Shown piece after piece: positions 13,801 through 27,500 of a DNA stretch of 64,000 bases. The notes beneath the pieces were generated by a model. The model searched no databases and was not told the DNA's origin. It saw nothing but the letters and a program-made list of their open reading frames with translations. A program made the position numbers and the translations under genes. The number at the start of each line of letters is the position of its first letter. Position 1 is the first letter of the stretch. This DNA is from Enoplolaimus lenunculus (lineage: Eukaryota): assembly GCA_030248215.1 (NCBI GenBank), contig JASANG010000611.1, positions 248,001 to 312,000 on the forward strand, given 5' to 3'.

Positions 13801-16800
13801 ATATTGAACATTTATGGACTCTAATAAGAGTTTAGGGACTGTATCCGCTTACGGACTCTAATTAGGGATTCGGACTTCTATTGATTGGGACTCAAAATAC
13901 GGAGCCCCTCTTTTTATCACCCTCTTATTAGAGTAACTATAGTACTAAACGATTCATTTTCGCGGGGCTGATTTTCAAACTAGAAAAAGCAATTTATATG
14001 CTGTCTGCTTGCCATGTGCAAGCCGAATTTTACATCGAACGAGTTTTTCAGGCCCTCTTTCATTTGTTCAAAATTTATTGTTCCAAATGAAACACATTAA
14101 AACGTATTGATTATACTTTGCAGGAATTCGGCCTGCAAGTCGTTGGTGTTGACTTATCCGCAAATATGATGGCGAAAGCGCTTGAAAAGTCTAATGTGGC
14201 AAAAAACAGTCGGGTAAGTTTTTTATGCCGTGGCGTATACTATGGAGGGAATAAGAAGGATACAAGTTCCGTCCATAAAGCTCTAACCAAAAATGGTAAT
14301 CTTACATGGGATTTATAATTTCCCGAAATGAAATCCTGGTTATGCTTTTGATTTAATGTTATTTTTTTACAAAAAGAAAATTATGTGCTGGTAGCCATTT
14401 GTGAGGTATTTTATTTTCGCTGGTTGTCGTAAATGATGTCTATGTTTAGGCTTCGGTTTAGGCTTAACCTTATTGAATGAAATGGTACAAGTGCCTCTTA
14501 GATGGATGTTGCTTGTTAAAAATTTGCCGCTAACTGGTTGATAAGAAGAGAACTTCTATCCATAACCCGTTTCAATCTCACCAAGAGATAAACTTTTCGC
14601 TTTCCTGAATCCTGACAATATTATATGGGAACAGAAGAAGTTATTTATTCCTGTAGCCAGCTCAAGATGCTAACGAGAGAGTTGACATAACTGCTCCAAT
14701 AGAGCAGTTTAAATATGTCATATGACTTGTAAGCGGGGCTACAGCTTTGTACGAGCCGACAATCTGCTTGTGACGGACTAAGAGGCTCATGGATCAGGTT
14801 CGTTCTACGGCTTGTGAATTTTAAGAAGAAATTGTGTGATTAGTTTACCATTTTTCAAGAAAATCAACGACATTCGCTGATTTCAGGTCTCGTATATCAT
14901 AGGCAACATTCTGCAGTTGACTTTTGACCCACAAGCGTTCGATATTGTCTACAGCCGTGACAGTTTCATTCATATCGGTCCAAAACGCGAATTAATAAGC
15001 CAAATTTACGTAAGCACTTCGTTTAATACTTTGCTTTTATTACTGGTGTAGCGCAACGAGTTTTAATTTAACTTGATATTAGTATAATTAAAATTGAACT
15101 TCTCATTAAGAAATAAACACATGAATATATTATACAACCGGGTGGCACTAAAAAACCGGTATAACATATAATATTACTGCCCTGAAATTTAGAAAAATCT
15201 CCGGTCAATATTAATATTGACTCCCGTTGTATATAAAATATTGACAGGGCAATTTAATTTTTGGAGAAAGTTTAATTATATGCAACGCTCGCAGTATAAA
15301 TTTACAACTTAGCTGGTTTTAGAAGCTTCGTCACGCGGTGTCTTTTCACCGACATAGGATAGTTTTTATGACCGGTATTCATGTGAACTTATGGAAATAT
15401 TTTTAGAAGTGGCTCAAACCAGGCGGCAAAATGTTAATTACGGACTATTGTATTGGTGATCAAGCAGAACATTCTTTCGATTTCAACGCGTATTTGAAAC
15501 AACGACAATATTCACTGGTGACAATCGCAACTTACCGACAAGTAACTCGCCCGCCCTAGTTTGTGACAATATCACTGATAGAATTATTCTTAACCCCTTC
15601 TCAGATTGAGTTGCCTATAGGCAACTGAGCGCAGTGTATATACGTTAAATAATGTATATCGCACCGTGTTTAACAATTGCAACACGTATACATAGTACTA
15701 AATCACCACAAGACGCGAGAGCCCCCTCGGGCTCGAGCGTCAAGCTCCTATAGCTGAGTGGTGATGGTAGACGCCTCCCACTCCAACCAATGGAGTTCGA
15801 ATTCTAGCATAAAAGTAGTTCTCAGGGGAAATAGAAAATATTCATGTGAGAAAGGGTTAAATATTTCTCAGATTTGATTTGGCGGGTTTCGCTTTACTAA
15901 AAAACCGCGTAAAAGTGTAATAAGTAGCACTAACGAAATTTTTAATTGGTTCTAGAAGTACCGTTGGCGTTATACCTTTTAATTTACGTTGGGTTTTGAT
16001 GACATTGCCACTGTCGCTAGTTTAAGCCAAAATCACAACATTTCTGACGGCGCCTTTTATGACATTGTGACAAGTATAACACCACCCTTTTAAGTTCTGC
16101 TCGTTTAAAATTAAAAAACAAAATTCACTATACATTGGACATTTGATATTTACTTTAAGCTCATTCTGGATGCCGGATTCAAAGACGTTCAAGCAATAGA
16201 TGCGTCTGAAGAATTTAGAACAATATTAAAGGACGAAATGACTAATGCAGAAGCACGCAAGCCGGACTTCATAAAGGTATATCAATTTTTCAGTAAAAAC
16301 ATTGAATCGAATGTGTAAATGTCATCAATGGTACACCATTTATAAAATATGACGACCTTACAGTTTATTCCCTTAGAAATACAATTTTTCCCGCATAATT
16401 TTTAGTGATATAATCGTAAGGTCCCTCCTACCTGACAATTTTTCGCCCTCAGAAAAGTTTTTGGTGATAAAATGATTAGGTGCCCATCTTACAATTTTTG
16501 CGTTTCATAACATTTGCCAGACCACCTCCCCCGTCAAAAATTCTTGGATCCGCCTCTGAATATAGCCAAAGTCGCACATAAGGATAAAAGCTATATACCA
16601 CCGACGGAGGCCAACCAAAAAGGAGGTTTATCTATGCTCCCGAACCATATAGAGATGCAATAAAACGAAGTTTACAGTCTCAGAAGAATCTGTTGGATCG
16701 TAGAGTATAAAAAATTTCTTGCTCGCTGAATTCGATCCGAAAACAAAATACAAGTGACGTTGCATAAACAGAATTCATTAAAATAAACAGTTAGCGCCAC

Positions 16801-17014
16801 CTTTAAGGTGATGTTGAAATTAGATTGTATTTTGTTTTTATTTTTGTATTCTTTGCGTTTCTGTTTTCATAAAAGCGTTGACCGTTTTCTGTCTTTGCAG
16901 CAGTTTGATGAAGAAAGCTATAATTCACTTGTGGCAAGTTGGCGAATGAAAATAGGATTCAGTGCGGCTGGTGAACATAAATGGGCAATATTCAAAGCCA
17001 CAAAACCGTTATGA
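7821..17014 (+). CDS. pmt-2: Phosphoethanolamine N-methyltransferase, nematode PMT-2 type (degenerate N-terminal and intact C-terminal methyltransferase domain)
   Basis: In-frame GT-AG exons at approx. 8900-8973, 10465-10588, 11203-11333, 11619-11819 (FLDAQQYSIRGVDIYEWIFGEGFISPGG), 12624-12717 (VLDIGSGIGG SAM motif), 14124-14213, 14887-15009 (YSRDSFIHI), 15407-15541 (WLKPGGKMLITDY), 16160-16276, 16901-17014 (stop). The 5' exon 7821-7924 and its link to 8900 are uncertain. Confidence 0.9.
10860..11026. mobile_element. 167-bp palindromic MITE, TA TSD (Tc1/mariner-type)
   Basis: Near-complete fold-back CTCTGCTAAAAATGGTGAGTCAAATTG ... CAATTTGACTCACCTTTTTTGCAGTG, TA on both sides; same family at 13574 and 59582. 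Confidence 0.85.
12004..12267. mobile_element. piggyBac-type MITE with a tRNA-like internal segment
   Basis: TTAA|CCC ... GGG|TTAA ends; internal GCTCGAGCGTCAAGCTCCTATAGCTGAGTGGT is shared with 15594-15856. Confidence 0.8.
12771..12957. mobile_element. MITE-like repeat carrying degenerate TTAGGC hexamers
   Basis: Ends GGCCAATGTA / TACATGGACC; internal CCTAAG repeats; homologous to 39531-39709, with a partial inverted copy at ~13147-13217. Confidence 0.7.
13574..13740. mobile_element. 167-bp palindromic MITE, TA TSD
   Basis: TA|CGCTGCAAAAAATGGTGAGTCAAATTGAC ... GTCAATTTGACTCACCATTTCTTGCAGTG|TA; same length and sequence family as 10860-11026. Confidence 0.85.
15594..15856. mobile_element. piggyBac-type MITE with a tRNA-like internal segment (second copy)
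   Basis: TTAA|CCCCTTCTCA ... TGAGAAAGGG|TTAA; box A-like TAGCTGAGTGG and box B-like GGAGTTCGAATT. Confidence 0.85.
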
Positions 17015-20000
17015 ATTGCGTTTTAATGAAAACTCAGTCATACTGATACCTCAGTCTTTGTTTTTATGACCAAAGCATTAATATTCGTGTTGCACATTGC
17101 TCAAATACACACGTATTAACTGTTATTAAATATTTTTTCCTGTTTGTCGTGCAACCGGTCCGGGCACCAACATATATGCAAGAACTTTAAGTTATACGAA
17201 TTTTCTTTGCTTTTGCTAGTAATTTTGTTTTAAAATTCATTGAAGCTATATCGTAAAACTTCATTAAAGCGCGAATCACCAGCGATCCTTAACATACTGG
17301 TTTGACTTTAGGGGAGGGTAAAAGGTGGGTCGTTGGTATATCTTTATTGCGCAGGTATCCCCGCGGGTGAAAACGGGTCGGGTAAAAAATCCTTACCTAC
17401 TTCCCACTCTGCTCTGGTTTCACCCTGAAAGTCCAGGTCGAAATAAACACGAATGTGTTAAACTTTTTGTAAAAAGCATGTGAGCTGGTTTTATGCGCCC
17501 TATATTGACACGCATTTTCCCGCTGCCTTCTGTTTTGTATCCGGGCAGCGTTTCTTCGAAACTGTTTTGTGTGCGGACGGAACTTGCTCCGATTACTCCA
17601 GTGGACGCAATAGGTTACTTACTTATCTATGAATAACGTTTCGAACGGCAGTGTTTTTTATAAATATTCGGGCAGTTTGTGTGCAAGGGAAACCAATGGT
17701 ATAAACGCAGAACTCAAAGTCGTATATATGTTGTTTAGTTGTAGTAGCAACCGCCGCCATACCCCTGTTGACTCATGTAGTGAAGAGATCCCTCCCAAAA
17801 TGCATATTATTTTAGCGGTTGCAGGCACTAGACAACATCTTCGGTTTATAGCACGAATCTATAAATAAGTAAACGTGCGAACGGTTAGTATAACACCACG
17901 TGAAAAACGTTCCAATGGTTAGTTTTAACACGTAAGGAGAAAGAAGATTTATCAAGCTAGCAAACCAGCTTTACTATAGTAGGCCTAACTCGCTGTAAAA
18001 CAATTACAAGTGTGTTTTGCTCCGCCACAGTCGTCATTCTTGCTTTGATCATATGCTATTAATGCGGGGTTCACGTTACCAACTGTGCGCTTGGTACCTG
18101 TTTTGTCACTATGCCCATAGCGGTATACACTAAATTTTTTGCTACCCATACGGCTAGCAGCGCACAATCCATTGTTTTACATAGCTAGGTGTCCGAAATA
18201 TTGACCTACCCATATGGGTAGGGTTTAGATGTCTGCATGTTGCCCATATAGATACCAACGTAAATATAAAATAGCCTATATGGGTTTGAACATAGCTGCC
18301 CGGCAAAATTTTTAGTTTGAAATTTTCATTTGGTTTTTGCTTTAGCTAGTTTTAAAGCAATAGTATTATGCTTTTTCGTGGTGTAGTATCAAAGGGTAGA
18401 AGTGTAGATAAAGGCTGGAAACTGAAAAAAAGTGGAAAACTCAACCGTTTAGGTTTTTCTGGTTTGGTATGGAAAATCTGAGGCAAGTGTTTTGTCCCGA
18501 AAACGGAACAGTGGCAAATTCAAAACTATAGGCTTTCACCTGTTAAGTAGGAAAAATATGAAGCGTGGGGTTCGGTTTAACTCAGAAGCATAGGCTTTCA
18601 CTGGCTTGGTATGAAAAAAGTGAAGCGTGGAGTTCTGTTTGTTTGGAAAATAGGAAAAGTGAAAAATTTAAGCGCCTAGGTTTTCCCTGCATAGCATAAA
18701 AAATCTGAAATCTAGGTTTTCTGTTGGCTGGCAAGCAAAAGTATTCAGTCAGCCCCTTTAGGTTGCAAGGGGCCAAGGCGAAATTGTTTAGCGCACGCAA
18801 GTGTCAAGGAGGTAGGCTAAAAAATCCTCTGACTACCAGGATGGGGAAATAGTTCAACATTTCCAATGATGAACTCATCGTCGTGATGGCTTCTCGCTCG
18901 GTCCCTCTTTTAACAACTCCTGGATTCACGTCCAGAATGGTTTATGACGTTAGGTGGATTTCAGTCAAATGCATCGATTGCTGAAAATTTCGGCCAATGT
19001 TGCTTGTTGCTTTTAGGGTCATTATTCTATCACTGGGTGTATGCTGACAAAAAGTGCTTTTAATTCCGAAAGAAGCTTATAAAACTGGTAATGTTTAGCA
19101 TATACAAAAATGCAGTCCAACGCATCGTTAAATTCTACTTGTAGGATGAAGTGCGAAGTACGCTGGATAATAAAACAAAAACGTTCTTGTCAGATTAGAT
19201 AATGGTAAATGGTTGTGAGTATTGCCTTCTAATTATAAAATAAGTTGGCTGAATTGTTTTGAATTGTGGGTCATCCACGTTAAAATGCACGCACATTTGT
19301 AAATAAATGTCCCTCTCTTTTGGATGCACGCGTTGTCCCTACCCACTCTCTTTATACACTGAGTGAGATGTCAATATGTGATTGTCGGAACATTTAGACA
19401 ATGAATAAGCTCTAGGCATAAATATTTACTTGTCCTACATCATTACCAGGAACTGTTATTGCCCATAGTCCATCGGAAGGGACTCAACTTTCTGTGCTGA
19501 ATGATGAGCGTGAATATGTGTGCATAGCGTGTGTTTTTATACGTGTGCGCGTGCGCTAATGTAATGTCCTGACATCCTACAGACAACACGTACTTATCCA
19601 GAGTCCCTTCCGACAGAGTCTAGCACTATCTGAGTACAGCTGTAAACCTGTACCTTGCTCCAGCTAGGATGTGTATTTTGATGCTGTTCCAAATGTGGTG
19701 GGTGGAACATTTATTCCATCGGCGCATGCATTTTAACGTGAATGACCCATTACCCTCAGGTCAATAGTAAAATTTTAATATGCGAACAGAAAGCCGGCTG
19801 CTACAATCATATATTGAAAAGTTTGAACTTTTACTATGCCACTGCACAAATATGAATACTGTTGTTATTTATGCTTGTATTCCAATGTTACGCTGCTGGC
19901 CGTCCCTTTGTCCCGGGAAAACAATGTATCTGGGGTAGGAATATAGCACCGATACCGATTTTTGTTTTTAATTTTTGCCGATGTCGACACCCTTGTCGAT

Positions 20001-21586
20001 TGTTATGTCATAGTTTAACCGTTGTGGCGATTTCAATTCTAATGCACAAAAACTTTGCTGATTTTTGCTGATTTTCAGTTGTATGTACCGGCTTCGGTTC
20101 ATAATGATGCGGGATCACGATAACGGGGCAGCGGAACACGCCCGAACCAACCAAAAAAAAAAGGAAAAAAAAAAAACCAAAAACAAACACCCCCCCCCCC
20201 CATGAGTCGCCAATTTCTTAAAACCTTTCATGTTGGGGGATTTTGAAATTTTGATTACAAATTTTGGTGATTTCGGTTTTTTAGTAAGTGAACGCATAAT
20301 CGATTGCAGTGAAATTCCTATTGATTTTCAATGTTTCTAACATCACTGCCCAAAACTTTACTAATTTTTAATTTTGTTGGCTGGTGGCAACTGAAAACAC
20401 ATATAAGGTGAAGAAATATATTGTAACAAAATAAAAAAGACTGAATTCTTGAGATAGAATGCAATGCGTTAGCTGTTCACAGCATTGTCAATGCTTGAAA
20501 ATCAATTTAGCCTCGGCCATATTGCGGTAAAAATTGAAAGTTTGGATGGATTTTGGCATAAATCACAGAACGTTGCGTAAAACAGAGAGTATCTGACTTA
20601 CAATTCGGTTAAATATCAAAACCCATCAAACCAACAGATGAAACTGCTGCAGTTGTTCAACTCGCGGTGGCTGTGAACCCCAGGTAACTTTAAGGGACCC
20701 AAAGCGGGATGGGAGGCTGTCACCCCCAAGCCCCCGCACTAAACAGTTTTCACACTTAAGCTGCAATGACACAGTCAAAAAATTTGCTGTGGGGGTTTGG
20801 GGGTCAACTGGCCCTTGAATACGCAATTCTTAAAGGAAATGTTTTTATGTGAGCGAGTTTCTCTTGTGCAGGGGAGTCGAATGTGCCAATTTGGCTACAA
20901 TGGGCGCAGCCTTTTTCGCTCGGGATTTTGGGAAGTATTAGGATTTTGGGAATTTGGGTTATTACATGAGAAATTGTGAGGGACCTGTTCTATATGGGCT
21001 CCCAATTGGGGAAACCTAAAAAGTGTAGTTCATAAAAAGCACTAAAAGAAGAGACAGACAAAACACTTAATGAGAATGAGTTTGTAAACTCTTTTGTCAA
21101 ACCAACGAGATATGGTGCGCGATTTAAAGGTGCAAGTCTTGTGTTAACTAAAATTATTTTGGCTATAAACTTTGCAGTATTGTAACATGTGTGTAGCAGC
21201 TAACACCAGTAAAGAATAGGTCTTGTAACTTCTGGATCAATAAATGGAAAATTTCCAAAATCGACCCTTTATCTCATATTTGATTTGTGGCTGTTATTTT
21301 ATATATAATATGTATTAGGTTACTTTAACATCAACGAGAGTAATTACTGAGCTAGATGTGACAACATTTTTTGAGTTTTATGTTTAGTGATATTTTATGT
21401 CTCAGATTCATTGATATCATATATTCACAATTTAGGTTCTGTAAACGTGCCCGTCATGCCATATTTGCTGTTTGAAGATAAAGTCGAATTTCATGATTTT
21501 CAATGTATCAAGACAGGACTAATATTTGATTTCAAACATTTTTCAGATTGGTTTTGTGACTAAATTTCAATGCATTATTTTTAATT

Positions 21587-24500
21587 ATGTTAGCTACTGT
21601 TTATGCTCAGGAACTTGAGCAAGATCCGTTCGATCCTGATGATTTTGTTGAACGACTGGCATGGCGAATTAGTGGTGGCGAAGTTCCCGAGCCGGTGACG
21701 TTACATCGAGCGTTTGAGGTTTGTCTATTGTTGGACAACATGGTCTGAATGGGCCATGTTCGAAGTTTTGCTCAAAGTAATGGACCATGCCTTGTATCGA
21801 ACCTAGGCCCTCTTACACTCTAATATAGACATGCTACCTCTACATAATGTGGTCGATCGCACAATTTCATCAGGTGGCCCCGCATCCACGATTTGACAGA
21901 CTCCGAATCGAAATCCGTTTCTAAACCGCCGAATCTGAAACCGAATCTGAATTCGAATGTTCCATGTTGAAAATTTCAAATATATTTATAATTTGTTTCA
22001 GAATATCAACGCAGTGCAGGCGCATAACTTTTAAACGTTGTTCGTGCCCGAGCTCAATTCTGAGATTTGTGACCTGAAACAAAAAATATTGATTTGTCGA
22101 ATACTGTTGGATTCGGCTTTTGGAATCAGTTTTTACAACCGAATCCGAATCTGAACCACAAATTTTTGCCGAATCTGAACCACAAATTTTTGCCGAATCC
22201 GAAACTTTGATGCTGTGATAAGTTGGGTATGCTAGGGTACGACAGTTTTTAGTTTTGGGTTCTCAGCAGCTGAAAATGAGGGACGCTCCCATTAAGTTTC
22301 GAACTCGGTCGACAGATTATCAGTCCAGCGCGCTATCCAGTGAGCCACGCCGCCTCACTCACAACCAACTGCCGAGTTTTCTGCCTTATAAGAACCTCAA
22401 CATTATCTTGGTTCTTTCATGTTTTTGCTGTTGCTGCATATGAAGGCATTACATATGCTGCAGTGATTTTTACCGATGTTCAGCATCAGCATGAGGTTAT
22501 TACTTGGCGCTATGCATCCGCATGTCACGTGCCCCGGTTTTTCTACAAGGTCGTCCCTTGACCGCCAGCTTATGTCTTTTTAGTTCTTCCGGCGACAGTT
22601 TGAAATTGTGGTACCATTGTGGTCACCATGTGATAAGTAGGTTAGGCTCTGGTACGACGGTTTTTAGTTCTGAGTGCTCAGCAGCTGAAAATGAGGGGCG
22701 CTCTCAGGAGATTTCGAACTCGGTCGACAGATTATCACTCCAGCGCGCTAACCACTGAAGCACGCCGTCTCACAATCAGCTGCCGAGTTTTTCTGTTTTT
22801 ATGTCTTACAAGAACCTTAACATACACATGCATCTTGGTTCTTCATTGTTTTTACTGCTTCTAGATATGAAGGCTCTACATATGCATCAACGTTTTGCCG
22901 ATCTGCACCATTAGCATGAGGTTTCATTTTGCCTCCATGCATCCGCATGTCACATCCCCCGGTTTTTCTACAAGGTCGTCCCATGACCGCCCACTTATAT
23001 ATTTTTATTTCTACCGCGTCAGTTCTGATAAGATACAACAGTTTATTATGCTACAACAACACAGACGTACAAAAAACATTCCGAACTTTTTTAGAATTAA
23101 ATTTATTTTCATTTTCGGTAACGGTCCAAAATTGACCGAGACCCAGAAGTTTTGGTCTCTGAAGTTGGGTTTCGGTTTTTGACCGAGATCACACATTCCT
23201 CATGGTTTGTTTTCTGGCGCTTTCAGGAAGAAATCCAAAATCTCCAAATGTTGTCTGATCAATTTGAATCTAAAATTAATCTGCTTCAAAATAAATGCCG
23301 CGAAGAAGATGAAGAGTTTTATGAAATGATGGAAAGACTACAAGTTAGATTTATTTCAAGTTTATCTGCTGGTCGACCGAGTTAATAAAAACACTTACTG
23401 TTAATATAAATGCATACATTTGTTATCGGTTAACCTTTTAATCGGGGCACTTATAAATATTTAAGGTACCGTTTTGAGATCGCTTGCTGTTTCTCAGTTG
23501 TAATGGTGTATATATGTACGTAATGTGTAATGTCATTTGTGAAGTGTCCGTTTCAGTCGGAAAATGAAGACACGTTTTCGCAATTGTCAAAATTGGATAA
23601 CAAAATCAATGCTGTGTCAACACAAGTTGTTCACTTGGGGGATCAATTGCAATCAGTGAATACACCACGAGCGCGTGCGTTTGAGGCACTGCAGCTAATG
23701 AAGTACGCTTCTAGAGATTTGAAATAATGCGCATAGCGCTTTGGTTTATTCATTAAGCGGACAAATTAACTTGCAAATTTATATCTCACTGGCATTATTT
23801 CATAGAAAAAGATTATATACGGGTCTTCAGTTTAGAAACGTACGTAAATTTGTTGCGCATCGTTTGGCTAACCGTTTCTGTTCTATTTGACTTTGTTTGA
23901 CGGCTGCTATTGTTAATTTGTATTTAATTTTTAGGTCATGTCATGCTTGTGTTTTGTAGGTATTTTAATGAATTCATGCTAGATGTTCCGATTTTTGATG
24001 GCCTATTTGAAGTCGACAATTCATTTGACGTTAAACTTGATAAATTAATCGAAAGTGGAGAAGTGATTAGCAAACTATTTGCAATTGCTCAAGGTAAGCT
24101 GTCTTGGAGTGCGGATGTTTGTTTCGTTATTCTCAGATGATTATTGTATGTACTTCACACTCATTCATCTTTCATGATTAGCTAAAAGTTTCCGTTAAAA
24201 TTGCCTCATTCTTTGCGAACTGCGATTTGTGGATTTCATGCATACTGGTTTATTTGTCATCCACAATGATAGGTTTACAACAAGAATTTTAATACGTAAT
24301 TTTTGAATTTCATCAGAGTTGTCTCCAATCAACTACGCTACTGTTCAAAATAAAATCGCAGCGAAATACGTTGAAATTGAATCTGAGCTAATCAAGCAGT
24401 TTGGATTTGCACATCGGCTTGGGCAGAAAAATAAAATGAAGCAACTTGCCCACGTTCTTGTGCCTTTTAAGGTTGGTCTGGTTTGGTTGGCTTATTTGGT

Positions 24501-27500
24501 AACACTACAATTTTGAAATTTGCTATATTACTGTAAAACTCTAAATGGGCAATATTACTCTACAGTCATATTTAAAAGTTGTAAGCAGAGGAGAATAGTA
24601 CGTAATTGATTTGCTGTTTTTCAGCTGGAATTCCGATATATAACTAGTTGTAAGAATCTTCAGATGTTCAGCCGCTTGAAAATTTTGAGGTTAGCTTAAT
24701 CAAAAATTTGATCAGTGTAACTTTCGTTTGCTTTGTTTTAATTTAATTTAATTTTTTCAGGCATTTCCACAATGCATTGATTCGTTCGTTGAACATAGCC
24801 AAGACGGTGCATTTCGAAGCACGGACGTGTTTGCACATATTCTTGCGCTGTGCGAGAAAACAAACGAGCTGGTGCAAGAAGTTTTTGATCATCCTGAGCG
24901 GGTAAAACTAACATGATTCTTTCGTGTAAACTGTGTGTTTGGTAACTTTGCGACGTATTTCTTTTGCTAATTTATTCTTGCATTATAACTAATTTTCCTG
25001 CATATTTAATGGTGTCAGCATTGGTGTCATATTTTAAAAAAGGCCGTTTTTACTCTCATTAAGACATCTCGAAAAAATAGGTTTAGTCAGACTAATGGTA
25101 TAGTTTCAGGTTATGGCAAAGCTTATTCTCAATATATTTCAAGGAAAGCTACAGGAAGTTTTAATAACAAAGCTCACTGAAGCGACCGAGCCAGAAACTT
25201 ATTTAACAAATTTAAATGGTTAGTGTAGTATTAAATTGTTTTTTCTTTGTTTTAGAAGTGAAATGCTTATTTGTGTGATTACAGCTCGTTCGTAAGTGCG
25301 ACTAAACAAATGTTTTTAAGAACTAAAAATTTCGCCATTGGAAATTTATTATGCTAAGGTATTACGCTACTTTTTTCTCGAATAGCCATGATTTGGCCCT
25401 GCAAAACATGTTTTTACCCGACCTTAGACTAGTAATGAGAACTGATGCACGTTTAGAACTTTATTCAAAAACGCTCAAGCTGGTGACAGCGCTCGAAGCA
25501 TATGATTTGGGATCTGACAAAGATTATCTTCCAACCCTGACGCGTCATTTGTTTGGTTCTCATCTGAATGTGTATATGGAGCGTGAGATTGCTTATTTGG
25601 ATGAGCGGACGAACGATATCTTGTTTAAATATTATGCCAGATTGGTAAGATAAAACATTTGTTTTGTACAGCAATTTAAGATAGTAATAAAATCAGCGAA
25701 GAAAAGTTCGAGATCCAAGTGGTACCATTTGCAGCGGCGGCTATTGGCACAATCTGTTTGTTCTTTGGGCACTAGAGCCCCTGTCATTCAAACTGCCACG
25801 AGAGAACGTTACTAGCTACCAGGGATGGGCAGTCGCGGTTAAAAAGCGAGACCGATATTGGCCATAAAAGCCTCGGACAGTTTCTGCTAGTTCCCGAAAA
25901 TATTTTAATTTTCAAAATAAAATATTTTTTCATAGTTTCTTTTTTTCCATAGTTGCTGTGGTTTTTAAGAATATCTGCTCATTTATTGCGTAACTATATA
26001 AATTTATAGATTCACAGCGAAATTTTGTTCATCTAACATCACTTACTTCGACAGTACAGCATACTGAAGCTCAACTGAACACAGGGTGCCACTAGAATTC
26101 AATTACATTTCAAAAGTTTGATATTGGATCCACTTTTCTGTCCAAGTTGTGTTTATAATATCTACAAAAATTTTACCTTGACAGCTGCGTATTATCAGCA
26201 GTAATTCGGTGATGAAATTTCATCAATACCGGCTCCTATTCCTTTTCTTCCGACGTAAAGTTCAATTCGTGTTCGTTTTACATAGTACGTATGTAAATTT
26301 GGTTTCCTGTACAGTCTTGGACGTATATTCGCTAAGATTATCTAGTATAAACCATTTGCATTAAAATTTTAGGGCCACCAGAAAAAGACGATTCAGTCAG
26401 GCGGAGTTCAAGACTTTAAGCGAGATCTGCAAGCCCGTTTTGTTACCGAAACATTTGGCGGTGAAACATTCCTTTCCGAAGAAGTGGCAATCAACATTTT
26501 ACAAGTGAGAGTGCATCAAACTGAATCCTTCTGATAGGTCAATTTGTTGGCGACCAGCCCGAAGTATGTTTATTTTGGGCGGGGAAAATAGGAAGCGATT
26601 ATATATGTGGGATTGCATCAATAATCCTTTTTTCCCCGTCTCAACAGTTCTTCTAAGTTTTGCATTCAGGTATTAACACATACAATTTTTAATTTCATTT
26701 TTGCTGGGGATAGTGGTTTCATTTCGTTTTTACTGTACATTGACGCTCATCAATAATCTACAATCTTGTTGGTAACGAACTTCTTTAATCGTCTAGTACA
26801 TAGTTTTTACGACAGTTTACTTTTCATAGGAAACCAAGCAAGCATTCCAGCGATGCAGTTTGCTGTGTCAGAAAGCTTCTGTCCCTGAAAACGTAGAAAA
26901 AATTCTGAATGTTCTTCTTCGAGCGCTGTGTGTGGAACATATTGACTATGCAGTTGAATTGGCATTATATGGCATACCTCTTCACGAACCGAAAGTCAAA
27001 CCTCAGACATTTTATCTTGAGGTATTTTGTAATATGCAATTATGTTCTTTTAGCGTTTGCAAGGAAAACGACTTACTTGTGGAATATAACATGCTACACT
27101 TGACTTTATGTATCTTTTTGAAAGTTGATAGAGAAAATGAACCTGTTTTGTGACTGTGTTTTCCTATGTTCGTTCATCCTAAGTTGTCCTGGACGTTTCT
27201 AGGAAATATAATATACAGAGCTATATTTTACCACCGAGTTCTAACCCTTGTTTATTGAAATTTATATTCTTGCGTCTTCTCAGGTTGCTCGTCAAACAAA
27301 TGCAATTTGTCATTTACTGGACCGCCAATTTGAAGATTCTGTGCTACCGTTGGTTCGTAACACACATAAATACGACTCATGTCTGAGCAAAAAACAAGTT
27401 ACATTTCATACGCTTGAGAACAAAATGAGCACCGGATTAGATCGTTTGTTAAATGCTATGTCGGGTACGCATCGATTCTTTTGCCAATGATTCTGCATGT

